NCBI RefSeq assembly: GCF_000007185.1
Contig: NC_003551.1
Coordinates: 1,650,001-1,682,000, forward strand
Source: Methanopyrus kandleri AV19
GTDB lineage: Archaea; JAADCQ01; Methanopyri; Methanopyrales; Methanopyraceae
Direction: 5' to 3'
Length of the DNA: 32,000 nucleotides
In this document: positions 1-8,693 of the stretch, piece after piece
How the letters are laid out: each line of letters begins with the position of its first letter
Numbering within the stretch: position 1 is the first letter of the stretch
Position numbers and translations under genes: made by a program
Notes under the pieces: model-generated
Seen by the model: the letters and a program-made list of their open reading frames with translations, nothing else
What the model was told of the DNA's origin: nothing
Database searches by the model: none

Positions 1-479
1 GTCTCTTTGTCGACCTCCGACGCGCGCCGTTCCTCGAGCAGTCGTTGTAGATCACGCATGAGCCGCTTCGAGTGGAAAGGTAGCTCCACGTGTCCGCTCC
101 GAGTGAGGATAATCATCTTACGTCTTCGTCTCTTGAACTCGAAGTCCACACTAATTCCAGTGATCTCATCCACGGGAACTTCCGTGACGTCCTTACCACG
201 GATTATCAACACCCTATCCTCTCCTACGACGACCAGTTTCTCCCTCTTCAGAACCCGTAGTAGGTACAGTAGAGGCAGCAGAAGGGGTGCAACTACTATC
301 GGGATCGCTATCGCTCCAACCACCATCGGGTAGTGTTTTTCCACTATTACCTTTATCCCGACCGCGGCGACTAGTCCGACGATTACGAGGTTAAGTGTCG
401 CGACTATGAGGAATCCGGTACGCTGATACAGCCGGGGGTCTATAGACGCGGGGTTCCACCCCCTCTTACCCCCGGTCAT
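1..479 (-). CDS. membrane protein, two N-terminal TM helices plus PH-like (YdbS/YdbT-type) domain; 3' end runs off the window
   Basis: This ORF is open at the window edge and so is absent from the ORF track. My minus-strand translation from ATG 479-477 reads MTGGKRGWNPASIDPRLYQRTGFLIVATLNLVIVGLVAAVGIKVIVEKHYPMVVGAIAIPIVVAPLLLPLLYLLRVLKREKLVVVGEDRVLIIRGKDVTEVPVDEITGISVDFEFKRRRRKMIILTRSGHVELPFHSKRL..., with no stop before nt 1. An ATGA start/stop overlap joins it to the purF stop (476-479). The + ORF 7..333 is its antisense shadow. Confidence 0.6.
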   Translation of the reverse strand, partial: MTGGKRGWNPASIDPRLYQRTGFLIVATLNLVIVGLVAAVGIKVIVEKHYPMVVGAIAIPIVVAPLLLPLLYLLRVLKREKLVVVGEDRVLIIRGKDVTEVPVDEITGISVDFEFKRRRRKMIILTRSGHVELPFHSKRLMRDLQRLLEERRASEVDKE

Positions 480-1831
480 TCGGGGACCGGGGTGGGGTAC
501 TCCCCCGTGAGGCAACCCACGCACAGCTCCCGTTTCTTCAATCTGATCGACTCGACGAGACCTTCTAGAGACAGGTAAGCCAGCGAGTCTGCCGAGATTT
601 TCTCACAGATCTCTGGAACATCGAGGTCTGCGGCTATTAGCTCCTCCTTCGTGGCCATGTCGATCCCGTAGTAACAAGGGGACACCACGGGAGGTGACGC
701 GATCCTCATGTGAACCTCACGGGCCCCGGCATCCCGCAGCATTTCCACTATTTGTCGAGAGGTGTTTCCACGTACGATGCTGTCGTCCACTACTGCCAGC
801 GAGCACCCTTTGATCACCTCCCGGATGGGGTTCAGCTTTACCCGGATGCTCCGTACGCGCTCCTCCTGCTCCGGCATGATGAACGTCCTACCCACGTACC
901 GATTTTTGATCAGTCCCTCTTCCATAGGGACCCCCAACGACTCCGCGTATCCCAGCGCCGCCGTCCGACCCGAATCCGGGACGGGAACCACCAGATCGCA
1001 CTCGACCGGGGCCTCCTCGGCGAGTCGCTTACCCATGCACTTCCGACATTCGTACACGCACCTGCCTTCGATGATGGAATCCGGCCGTGCGAAGTACACG
1101 AACTCGAACATACAGACGGCCTTGCGTTCCCTTCTCACGACTTTACTTTCGACGTCGCCCTCCCGAATCCAAACTACCTCGCCACGTTCCAGCTCGCGGC
1201 GTTCCTCCACACCTAACACGTCCAGACCTACCGTCTCGGAGGAAACGAAGAAGCCACGTTCGTCCCATCCCAGGCACAGTGGTCGGAATCCCCAGGGATC
1301 TCGGACCGCGATTAGGTCACCGTGACTCGTTATCACGGTCAGGGAGTACGAGCCTACCAACCGTTCCATAACGTCCTCGAACGCCTCGAACATATCGTCG
1401 GTCTCGGTGAGAGCGACCGCGAGCAGTCGGGCGATGACCTCCGAATCAGTCTCCGAAACGAAAGCATGTCCGTCGGAAACGAGCTCCCGCCTTAGCTCTT
1501 CGGAGTTCACGATGTCTCCGTTGTGGGCCAAAGCCAGCTCGCCCTTCGAGTACCCCACTTTGAACGGTTGGGCGTTGACGAGCTCGGAAGCGCCAGTCGT
1601 CGAGTACCTGACGTGGCCGATACCCACTGGACCCGAGAGCTTCCGCAGGTCGGGCCGATCGAAGACTTCGGTCACTAGGCCCATGCCCTTCTTCCCGACC
1701 AGTCGGAGTCCATCGTACACGCAGATTCCGGCCGACTCTTGGCCCCTGTGCTGGTTCGCATGGAGGATGAGGTAATTATAAACGCCCGCCTCGTTTTCCT
1801 TAAGCAGGTAACAGCCGGAAACCCCGCACAA
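476..1831 (-). CDS. purF: amidophosphoribosyltransferase (glutamine PRPP amidotransferase)
   Basis: 451 aa. A TTG start is followed directly by the catalytic Cys (MCGVSGC), as in Ntn-type PurF. It has the PRTase motif VVDDSIVRGNT and C-terminal Cys residues (CYYGID, CVGCLTGEYP) typical of Fe-S PurF. A GGGGGT SD lies 7 nt upstream of the TTG. Confidence 0.9.
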   Translation of the reverse strand: MCGVSGCYLLKENEAGVYNYLILHANQHRGQESAGICVYDGLRLVGKKGMGLVTEVFDRPDLRKLSGPVGIGHVRYSTTGASELVNAQPFKVGYSKGELALAHNGDIVNSEELRRELVSDGHAFVSETDSEVIARLLAVALTETDDMFEAFEDVMERLVGSYSLTVITSHGDLIAVRDPWGFRPLCLGWDERGFFVSSETVGLDVLGVEERRELERGEVVWIREGDVESKVVRRERKAVCMFEFVYFARPDSIIEGRCVYECRKCMGKRLAEEAPVECDLVVPVPDSGRTAALGYAESLGVPMEEGLIKNRYVGRTFIMPEQEERVRSIRVKLNPIREVIKGCSLAVVDDSIVRGNTSRQIVEMLRDAGAREVHMRIASPPVVSPCYYGIDMATKEELIAADLDVPEICEKISADSLAYLSLEGLVESIRLKKRELCVGCLTGEYPTPVPE

Positions 1832-1838
1832 CCACTAC

Positions 1839-1850
1839 ACCCCCGGGCGG
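1839..1850. promoter_or_regulatory. ACCCCC/GGGCGG palindromic core of the 27-nt divergent spacer (dual SD) between purF and ORF 1859
   Basis: The spacer 1832-1858 is CCACTACACCCCCGGGCGGTACCCTAC. On the minus strand it reads GGGGGT 7 nt before the purF TTG. On the plus strand it reads GGGCGG 8 nt before ATG 1859. Confidence 0.5.
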
Positions 1851-1858
1851 TACCCTAC

Positions 1859-2275
1859 ATGGGCACGGTTCTGACCGTAGCGGTCCTTCTGTGGTCGCTC
1901 ATATCGTACCCGGTCAACGCGGTCGAGCCGGTAGAGTACTCCACCCACGGAACCGAATCCCCCTTGGACAAAGGGCATTACGCGGATCACCGATTCGATC
2001 GCGAGCTCCGAGAACAGCCTACACTAACCCGACCGGAGTACCGCGCCGATCGAACTGACACCGGGGAAGTCGGAAGGGAATCCAAAGAGAAACTAGACGG
2101 CAAGCGTGGCAAGAACCGCGGCGGGCGTCAGCACGGCGGAGGATCTGCTGACGGGCGAGCGTCGGTACGGAACGCCAAGTGGATCGGTGCCGGAGTGACT
2201 CTAAGCCTGTCGTTATTGGGGGCCCTGATCATGTGGGAGAGCTCACGGGCTACGTCTCGCCGAAGAACTTCTTGA
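1859..2275 (+). CDS. hypothetical protein: signal-like N-terminus, disordered charged middle, C-terminal TM anchor
   Basis: 138 aa counted from the internal ATG of track ORF 1739..2275. The N-terminus is MGTVLTVAVLLWSLISYPVNA and the C-terminus is WIGAGVTLSLSLLGALIMW followed by a basic tail. An SD-like GGGCGG lies 8 nt upstream. The same 27-nt divergent-spacer architecture occurs at three other gene pairs. No minus-strand ORF explains the 420-nt gap between polC and purF. I recognise no homolog. Confidence 0.35.
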   Translation: MGTVLTVAVLLWSLISYPVNAVEPVEYSTHGTESPLDKGHYADHRFDRELREQPTLTRPEYRADRTDTGEVGRESKEKLDGKRGKNRGGRQHGGGSADGRASVRNAKWIGAGVTLSLSLLGALIMWESSRATSRRRTS

Positions 2276-5200
2276 GTGACACGCTGTGGTCGCTTCCGAA
2301 CAGCGTCTTCGCTTCTTCCTCCAGCAGCTCCACCTCCGAGGCGATCGTCCTCCATTCCTCGTCGTGCGTGCCGAACTCCTCCACCAGTCGCTTAGCAGGT
2401 TCCAGGTACTTCGTCGCCGTCGCCGGGTAGATGGTTAACAGTACGTCACCGCCGCACCGCGGGCACTTGCCGCTGAGCGGGGGTACGTTGAACTTCGCAT
2501 TGCAGCGTGAGCAGCGGAACTTCTGACGCCCGAACTTCCGCAGGTTTCCTTTGATATCAGGCAAGAAGTGGGAGTCGAGGACTATCTTCGCAACGTCGGA
2601 CTCGTCCACGGCTCGGATCCTCCTGGCGAGGTCGAGCTGCTCCTCGAGCTTCTCCTCCATCTTCTCCAGCCTGGAGTACCGCGTCACGGTAGGTCCGAGG
2701 TCTATCGCCTCGGTATCGTGGGTGAACTGGAGCCCCCGGGGTAAGTCGAGTCTGTCCTCAAGTCGCTCTATGAGCTCTTCCGCCTCTCCCGCGTCGGCGT
2801 ATTCCAAGGCCTTCCTGTACAGCTCCAGCGGGTAGTCGCCGCAGACATCCATGTTCCAGACTTCATCGTCGATCTCGTACGGGTCCACCACCGCGGTGAG
2901 CACCAGCGGGGCGTCCATCAGGCCCCCGCGTTTGTCAGGTAGGTACAGGCGGCTGAAGTTCAGGAGGACGTCGAGTAACAGCATGAAGGCGTCCTCGTCA
3001 CCGTCGCAGTTCCTGCGTCGGGCCGCGTTGATTATGGGGTGGTTGTACCAGCAGTTAATGTCCGCGATTCCGACTACGCGCCCCACCACGCCGCATGAGG
3101 TATGCGGCGCTAAAGTGACGATTAAGTGTCCGATCAGATCCTCCGGCTTCTCCACGCCGTACACGGGCTCGAGTCCGTAATATTTCCGCAGGAGATCATC
3201 CAGGTACTGGCAGACCCGGACGGCCCACTCCGCGGCCTTCCTCGGTAGCACCACGTCCTGCGGGTAGAGCTCCACCACCTGATCCTCCGAGACCACGGGA
3301 TCGCCGTTGATGTCCCGCTCGAACCCCAGGAGTCTGGCCTTGAACGGCGTTAACCCTACCTCCTTCAGCCTCACGTGCGTCAGCGGGCAGTCGTTACAAT
3401 CGAAGCGTAGGGTACCATCCTTGAATACGAAGAGGTCCCTCTTAGCCCTCAGGATACCTTTCTGCAACGGTTCGGGCATTTTCAGCCTGCTGGTCATTCC
3501 TTTTACTCCTTTGAGCGTATCGGTAGTACCGACTTCCTCCTCCGCGCGTCGGACCAGCTCCCTAACCGGCAGCGAGGAATACGGGTCGTCGTTCCGCTCG
3601 ATGTCGGCGCGGACGACGGGATCGGGCTCCTCGCAGTCGCACTCGTCAGCTGGCTCATCACACCGGTTACAGTACTGCACGGTTTCCGTACCGCAGAACG
3701 GACACACCCGGTACGGTACCAGCCGGTCGCACTCCGGGCAGATCCGGTAGCAGACCTCGACGCGATCCGTGTCCTCCGATTCCCCTCGATGGAACTTCAT
3801 GATATCTCGCTGATTACCGCCGGCTATGCCGATAGGGAACAGTACGTGCGGCGGTGGACTCATCTTCCTCTCACGTGCCTTCTCCGGTCTCCCCATCCGG
3901 GCTCCTATTCTCGTCGGCGCCTTCTCACGGATCGGGAACCCGGCTAGCTTGGACACGTACCGGCACGTCTCGTCCCGTATCACGAGGTAATCCAGCAAGT
4001 AGTCCAGATCCTCGTCCTGCTCGCGGAACTCTCCGCTCTCGGGGTCGTACCCGAGCTGGGCCAACAGCGCCGACGCCCAGGGTTCCTCCACCACGATCGT
4101 GTCGTCTTCGAGCCTGTGGGGGACGAGCAGATCCTCCAATATACGCTTGATCTCTCCGTCGTTCTCGAACTCGACTCGTAGGTTCCCCCATTCCGACCCG
4201 GCGACCTCGAGTGCCTCTCGGAGCTCGTCTACGTCCTTCGGTTTCACGTCGTGCCATAGGAACGTGTACTTCGGGTGGAACGGAACCCCGTACTCGCGCG
4301 ACAGTTCGATGGCCTCCTCCACGCTCATACGCTCCGGGGAGCTGAGGCGCGGTATCACTTCCTTTCTCACTAATTCGACGATGGAACGGGCCACCTTCAC
4401 GGGACCGTTCAGGAAGCCGTCGAGGTTGTTCCCGTTCCCGGACAGCCTGCTCGCTTCCTTCACCAATCGCTTCAATGGAACATCCTTCAGCTTCTCGAAG
4501 ACGTCGTTCGGGAGGTTCTTCCTGAGGCCTATCACCTTGACAACGTCCGGTACTTCCTTCACCCACCACTCCGGGCAGTACGCCGGAGGGACGAGCGGAT
4601 GGTTGTTCTCTATGAACTCACCCACCGCGACCAACATCTCGCCTAGGTCCAGTATCTCCTCGATCTCATCCTTCTCGACGAGTTCCTTCGCCTCTCTCGG
4701 ATCGTCTAGACGTACGACCGAACCGTCTCGGAGCTTTACCACCGGAGGCTCTATCTCGGTCACCGGCAGCACGCAAGCCGCCTTGCCCGGCCGCTCCACC
4801 TTCAGCTGTGTACCTATGACTATGAAGCCCTTTGTAACGTACATCAACGACGGGTGGACTCCGACGGCCGCGAAACCGGTATTCCTAGCCCGACCGTATC
4901 GGAGCCGGAAACCTCCTTTAGCTGACGGGTGAGAAAGTAGCGGCCTCCCCGCTACGAGCTCGCCCATGTACTTGTCGTTGGGTTTGATCTTGGTCTTTTC
5001 CTCCTCCCCTTCCTCTTCGTCGTCGGATCCCTTGTTCACGAGCTTTTCCAGGAACTCCCATCCGTCAATTCCATACTTCTCGACGCGTTTGATCAGCTTC
5101 GGAGCCTTCTGACAGATACCCTCACAGATAACCAGAAGGGCGCCTCCGCGGAGTTGGTTAGGGAGATGTGGGATGTCACGGTGACCTTGTACCTCCACCT

Positions 5201-5972
5201 CCTCCGTGGGTTCTCCGTCGATCTCGATCGGGATGTTCTTCGCGACTAACTCGACCTCTTCCTCCGAAGGATTGTACTGGAACGACCCTACCTTATCCAG
5301 ATACGTCACGACTTCTTCCACGTATCGACCTACAAGGTCGTGATCGAAGTCGTCCGGGTTGAACCTCGGTAGGCCGGCTACTTGACGAGCATAATCGGCG
5401 AGGAGTGCAGAAAGAGCCGCCGCCGTACCACCTGCGGCTCGGATCGGTCCGGCGTATTTGACGGCTAAGTAACAGTTCTCAGGGTCGACTTCTTTCCCAC
5501 ACTCCGTGCACACGAGCTTCGGCTCCTCATGCGGGGGTTCCGACTCGTCGACGACCCTGTGGCCCGTACCCCGCTCACGGATCTCGACGGCCGCGATGCC
5601 TTCCAGTGGGGCCGATACCACGGCTTCCGTCAGCACCGCCAGGCCTATTCTAACCGCGTAATCTATCCTCTTGTGCAGCGGTAAGTCGCCTTTGACCTTC
5701 AGCTCTCCCTTAATTACCTCCTCTACGATACGAAACGTGGCTTCCTCACGGTCCCCGAGCTCTTCCTCCAACTCCTCCAGTCGATCCGCTACGTTTTCGA
5801 CCTGGAGCAGACCCTCCACTCGCTCACCGATCGACGTGGCCAGCATCACCTCGGGTTCCGGTTTCGGATCTTCCCTACGCTGTCTGGCCTTCGTAGCGAC
5901 GTCGACGAAGCGGGAAGAGACCTCTTCCAGCGTCTCCCGATACCTGTCCAACTCCTCACGCGCTCTGTTCAC
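2250..5972 (-). CDS. polC: DNA polymerase II (PolD) large subunit DP2
   Basis: 1240 aa, with no intein. It shows several DP2 hallmarks: multiple Cys4 zinc modules (CTECGKEVDPENC, CPECDRLVPYRVCPFCG, CSRCNAKFNVPPLSGKCPRCGG) and the acidic catalytic motif RRNCDGDEDA. A GTG start is preceded by AGGGGA 9 nt upstream. Confidence 0.93.
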   Translation of the reverse strand: MNRAREELDRYRETLEEVSSRFVDVATKARQRREDPKPEPEVMLATSIGERVEGLLQVENVADRLEELEEELGDREEATFRIVEEVIKGELKVKGDLPLHKRIDYAVRIGLAVLTEAVVSAPLEGIAAVEIRERGTGHRVVDESEPPHEEPKLVCTECGKEVDPENCYLAVKYAGPIRAAGGTAAALSALLADYARQVAGLPRFNPDDFDHDLVGRYVEEVVTYLDKVGSFQYNPSEEEVELVAKNIPIEIDGEPTEEVEVQGHRDIPHLPNQLRGGALLVICEGICQKAPKLIKRVEKYGIDGWEFLEKLVNKGSDDEEEGEEEKTKIKPNDKYMGELVAGRPLLSHPSAKGGFRLRYGRARNTGFAAVGVHPSLMYVTKGFIVIGTQLKVERPGKAACVLPVTEIEPPVVKLRDGSVVRLDDPREAKELVEKDEIEEILDLGEMLVAVGEFIENNHPLVPPAYCPEWWVKEVPDVVKVIGLRKNLPNDVFEKLKDVPLKRLVKEASRLSGNGNNLDGFLNGPVKVARSIVELVRKEVIPRLSSPERMSVEEAIELSREYGVPFHPKYTFLWHDVKPKDVDELREALEVAGSEWGNLRVEFENDGEIKRILEDLLVPHRLEDDTIVVEEPWASALLAQLGYDPESGEFREQDEDLDYLLDYLVIRDETCRYVSKLAGFPIREKAPTRIGARMGRPEKARERKMSPPPHVLFPIGIAGGNQRDIMKFHRGESEDTDRVEVCYRICPECDRLVPYRVCPFCGTETVQYCNRCDEPADECDCEEPDPVVRADIERNDDPYSSLPVRELVRRAEEEVGTTDTLKGVKGMTSRLKMPEPLQKGILRAKRDLFVFKDGTLRFDCNDCPLTHVRLKEVGLTPFKARLLGFERDINGDPVVSEDQVVELYPQDVVLPRKAAEWAVRVCQYLDDLLRKYYGLEPVYGVEKPEDLIGHLIVTLAPHTSCGVVGRVVGIADINCWYNHPIINAARRRNCDGDEDAFMLLLDVLLNFSRLYLPDKRGGLMDAPLVLTAVVDPYEIDDEVWNMDVCGDYPLELYRKALEYADAGEAEELIERLEDRLDLPRGLQFTHDTEAIDLGPTVTRYSRLEKMEEKLEEQLDLARRIRAVDESDVAKIVLDSHFLPDIKGNLRKFGRQKFRCSRCNAKFNVPPLSGKCPRCGGDVLLTIYPATATKYLEPAKRLVEEFGTHDEEWRTIASEVELLEEEAKTLFGSDHSVSLKKFFGET

Positions 5973-5987
5973 AACGGGACGTCCCCT

Positions 5988-6392
5988 TCAGCGGTTTTCC
6001 TCCCGCCAGCTACGACCCCGCCTCTCCAGCCTTAGAGGGACTCCCCCGATGTCCACGATTCTCTCGAACGTCTCCGAAGGTATCTCTTTTCGGGGTTCCG
6101 GCTCGTGCTCCTCCTTCCTTTTGTCTCGCTCTTTCTCGAGCGGAAGTTCCTGGATACGTCCTCCGGTATCGACCGGCAGCTCGAACTGGAACGTCTCAAC
6201 TCTAATCCATCCTCCACCGGGTAGCTTGATCTCCTGGACGTTACGATTGGTGCGTCCCTCGCGCTCCAGCCGTTCGAGCTCCTTTTCCATCTCTTCACAA
6301 AGCCGCGCTATCTCTCGCTCCATCTCATGCATCGCCTCCTCCATCGAGCGATCGATCATCCTGAACAGCGTACGGAACAAGTGGTCGAACAT
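5988..6392 (-). CDS. hypothetical coiled-coil charged protein
   Basis: 134 aa from the internal ATG (MFDHLFRTLFRMIDRSMEEAMHEMEREIARL...). A GGGGGA SD lies 8 nt upstream, immediately after the radical SAM stop. The track start at 6431 would overlap the upstream gene. It is sandwiched 13 nt after the radical SAM gene and 15 nt before polC. I recognise no family. Confidence 0.55.
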   Translation of the reverse strand: MFDHLFRTLFRMIDRSMEEAMHEMEREIARLCEEMEKELERLEREGRTNRNVQEIKLPGGGWIRVETFQFELPVDTGGRIQELPLEKERDKRKEEHEPEPRKEIPSETFERIVDIGGVPLRLERRGRSWREENR

Positions 6393-6405
6393 CTCGAGAT
6401 TCCCC

Positions 6406-7362
6406 CTACACGGGACAGGCGGGATTCCCACACTCGGTGCAGAAGGGGCCTTCCCAACACCGGTTCGGGCACGGTACCTGGGCGGCGCTCGCGCACGCGC
6501 AACACGCGGCGCCGAAGGGGGTCAAGCCGACCTCCCGAGCTATTCTGAGGAGGCGCTCCTTGATATCGCCGGTACGCACGTACACCTGCTTCCTGCCTTT
6601 GGGTATCGGTCTGTTGGCTCTATTAACTATTTCCGAGACGTCAAACCCGGATCGCTTCAGCCTGCTCAGTATACCCTCGTTCACCCGGAAACCTCCCACC
6701 ACGACACCCCGAGCTCCGGCGTCGCGAGCCATCCGGAAAAGTTCTTCCGCCTCTTCAAGGCCGACTATTCCCGGTAGTATCGGCCTGAAGAAGAGGTCAA
6801 CGGTCAAACCGGCTTTCGAGAGCTCGGTGATCGTCTCTAACCGCTCCTCGGGTCTAGGGGCTCGCGGCTCTAGCCTGGAAGCTTTCTCTCTGTCCGGTGT
6901 GAGAATCGTGACGAGACCGTTCAGCGGAAGCTCCAACCTCGCGAGTGACTCAGCCACCTCCCCGTCAATCGCGGACTTCGTGGAAAACTGCGTGGGATTA
7001 CCTAACCACCGTGAGAACGTCCTCAGGTACTCGAGCGTTTTGTCCGCAAGCTCCGGGAGGAACGGATCCGTCACGCTACCCACCGCTATGAACGTCCCCT
7101 CACGACCTGGTTCGAAACCCCGGTTGTATAGCAGGGCCAAGACCATGCCTTCCCCGGAGAGCCTGTAAGGGCGGGCGCGCTCGAATCTGAACCCCATCTC
7201 CGGTATGTAACAGTAGGAACAGGCCCTGGGACACCCATGACCTGGGTGAACCGTGATCCCACAAGGCCTCGGACGTCGACGGGCGTGGGAATCTCGGCGG
7301 GCTTTCTCGATCTCTCTCCGGTCGAGACGTGACTCGAGCCTTTCGATCAACTCCCGTCTCAT
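6406..7362 (-). CDS. radical SAM protein, SplB / DNA-repair-photolyase-like (COG1533-type) with Cys-rich C-terminal tail
   Basis: It carries the CX3CX2C motif GCPRACSYCY. It also has GSVTDPFLPE, FSTKS and LEPRAP...RL segments typical of the SplB-like group. There are 9 Cys in the last 36 aa (CCACASAAQVPCPNRCWEGPFCTECGNPACP). I chose the start at ATG 7362 because it forms an ATGA overlap with the permease stop (7359-7362), a pattern repeated in this window. Alternative ATGs exist at 7383 and 7467. The track N-terminus (to 7839) lies inside the permease gene. Confidence 0.7.
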   Translation of the reverse strand: MRRELIERLESRLDRREIEKARRDSHARRRPRPCGITVHPGHGCPRACSYCYIPEMGFRFERARPYRLSGEGMVLALLYNRGFEPGREGTFIAVGSVTDPFLPELADKTLEYLRTFSRWLGNPTQFSTKSAIDGEVAESLARLELPLNGLVTILTPDREKASRLEPRAPRPEERLETITELSKAGLTVDLFFRPILPGIVGLEEAEELFRMARDAGARGVVVGGFRVNEGILSRLKRSGFDVSEIVNRANRPIPKGRKQVYVRTGDIKERLLRIAREVGLTPFGAACCACASAAQVPCPNRCWEGPFCTECGNPACPV

Positions 7363-8693
7363 TTCATCGCGCCCCAAATCCATAGCATGGTACACCACGC
7401 TAACGTCGGTACCGTCAAGTACATCGAACCCAGGAGACTCCTCCGCATAACCCGCTTCTCGTGGCATCTTACGGCCGCCGCGGCCACGGCGACGTTGTAA
7501 GGGCATGCGGCCGCCGCACAGGCCGCACCGGCCAGTGTGATCTCCGGATATGGTGTTCCAGACGCGAAAGTCGCCATCACCGCGGTAGTGCTGCCGACGA
7601 CCATCTCCCCCATGAACCCCACCAGGAAAGTGACCAGCGGAGACCCCGCGTAAGGCCTGATCGCGCTGGGGAGTTCGGAATGAGCTATCAGCGTTCCAAG
7701 GACCATTAGGAGCACGATCGAAAGCAGTTCCTCCCAAGTCTTCCGAAGCACACGGATGAGTGCTCCGACCATTCGAGTCCATCGGGGAGTCGCGTACAAT
7801 AATACGGCGACCCACAGCAGCATCCACGGTTGCACCCACTTCACGTCCAGGGCCTTGACTACTCCTATCCCGACGACCACCAGCCCGTAGACTATCATTC
7901 CCTTGATAGTGTCATTGCTGACCTTGATCCTGGCTTCCTCGCCCGCGACTCGTAGGTACCAGAGGAAACCGGAAGCTACGCCCAAAACTAAGAGCGGGCC
8001 CACGATACTGGGAGATGCGACCCACCAAACGGCCAGCAAGGAGGCAGTGGTCATAATCCCCATGGTCGTCAGTAGGACCTTCGACACCCGGAGGTCGGCT
8101 GTCTCCGCTACAGCATAAGGCAATACCAGCAGGCTCGGAGCGATGCAGAGGGCGACATCGAAGCTCAGCTTCTTAGGATCGATCCCTGAAACTCCCGAAG
8201 TGACGAGAATCGGTACACCGAAGGCCGCGAACACCCCGAACGGAGCGTGCCCCACGAGAGCCGCGGCCGCCGCGGTCGTCTTACTCAGTCCCGCTTCGAC
8301 GAGGAGTGGACCTACTAGAGTAGCGGGCGTTCCGAAGCTTGCCACACTCTCGAAAGCTCCGGTAGCCACGACGCTTAGGCCCACCAAGCACGGGCCGCGC
8401 AGTTGGCAGGTCTCCTTCAGAATGTGCACGATATCCTCCAGCACGCCGTCTTCACGCATCATCTCCACGAGCGTGAGGCTGGCCAACACGACGGCCAAAA
8501 TTTCAACACCTTTTAGCGCGGAGTCGACGACCCGAACGTAGGGTACCTGAACGGTGAACGGAGTGAATGTTGAGGCTATAAGGTAGAGGGCTAAGGAAAG
8601 AGAAGACGCGCGGAATAGCCCCCAGCCGCGAAGTGCGGCTACGATCAAAGCCGAGATTGATATCAGGGGGACAACCAGTGCGAGGGATGGCAA
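7359..8693 (-). CDS. L-lactate permease (LctP) family membrane transporter, short form
   Basis: 444 aa and polytopic. The segment FESVASFGTPATLVGPLLVEAGLSKTTAAAAALVGHAPFGVFAAFGVPILV matches the LctP signature as I recall it (GFGTP...L..lG...aa...l..n..pvaFGa.G.Pi). The start is TTG, with a GGGGGA SD 6 nt upstream. Confidence 0.6.
   Translation of the reverse strand: MPSLALVVPLISISALIVAALRGWGLFRASSLSLALYLIASTFTPFTVQVPYVRVVDSALKGVEILAVVLASLTLVEMMREDGVLEDIVHILKETCQLRGPCLVGLSVVATGAFESVASFGTPATLVGPLLVEAGLSKTTAAAAALVGHAPFGVFAAFGVPILVTSGVSGIDPKKLSFDVALCIAPSLLVLPYAVAETADLRVSKVLLTTMGIMTTASLLAVWWVASPSIVGPLLVLGVASGFLWYLRVAGEEARIKVSNDTIKGMIVYGLVVVGIGVVKALDVKWVQPWMLLWVAVLLYATPRWTRMVGALIRVLRKTWEELLSIVLLMVLGTLIAHSELPSAIRPYAGSPLVTFLVGFMGEMVVGSTTAVMATFASGTPYPEITLAGAACAAAACPYNVAVAAAAVRCHEKRVMRRSLLGSMYLTVPTLAWCTMLWIWGAMK

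Noticed and set aside
7-333. A plus-strand 108-aa ORF rich in Ser/Arg/Thr.
   Set aside because: It is the antisense shadow of the minus-strand membrane/PH-like gene (1-479). That gene has clear TM helices and an ATGA coupling to purF. The plus-strand product is low-complexity with no SD.
1832-2249. A possible structured RNA (RNase P RNA or SRP RNA) in the polC-purF gap. The cue was GGGGAAGUCGGAAGGGAAUCC, which vaguely resembles GAGGAAAGUCC or the SRP GGAA loop.
   Set aside because: The matches are imperfect. The other conserved blocks (e.g. the ACAGAA / GGCUUA-type RNase P regions and the SRP AGCA motif) are not found in the right order, and I could not build long-range helices by eye. An Rfam scan would settle it.
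2551-6777. Many long plus-strand ORFs (e.g. 3307..3750, 4099..4932, 5671..6777) and the minus-strand ORF 3925..4569 overlapping polC and its neighbours.
   Set aside because: All overlap strongly supported genes. They have Ser/Arg/Pro-rich low-complexity translations typical of off-frame or antisense reading of GC-rich coding DNA. They have no motifs and no SD context.
7363-7839. N-terminal 159 aa of the track ORF 6406..7839 (the radical SAM extension).
   Set aside because: It lies entirely inside the permease gene in another frame and is Gly/Arg-rich nonsense. ATG 7362 gives the ATGA overlap pattern used elsewhere in the window.
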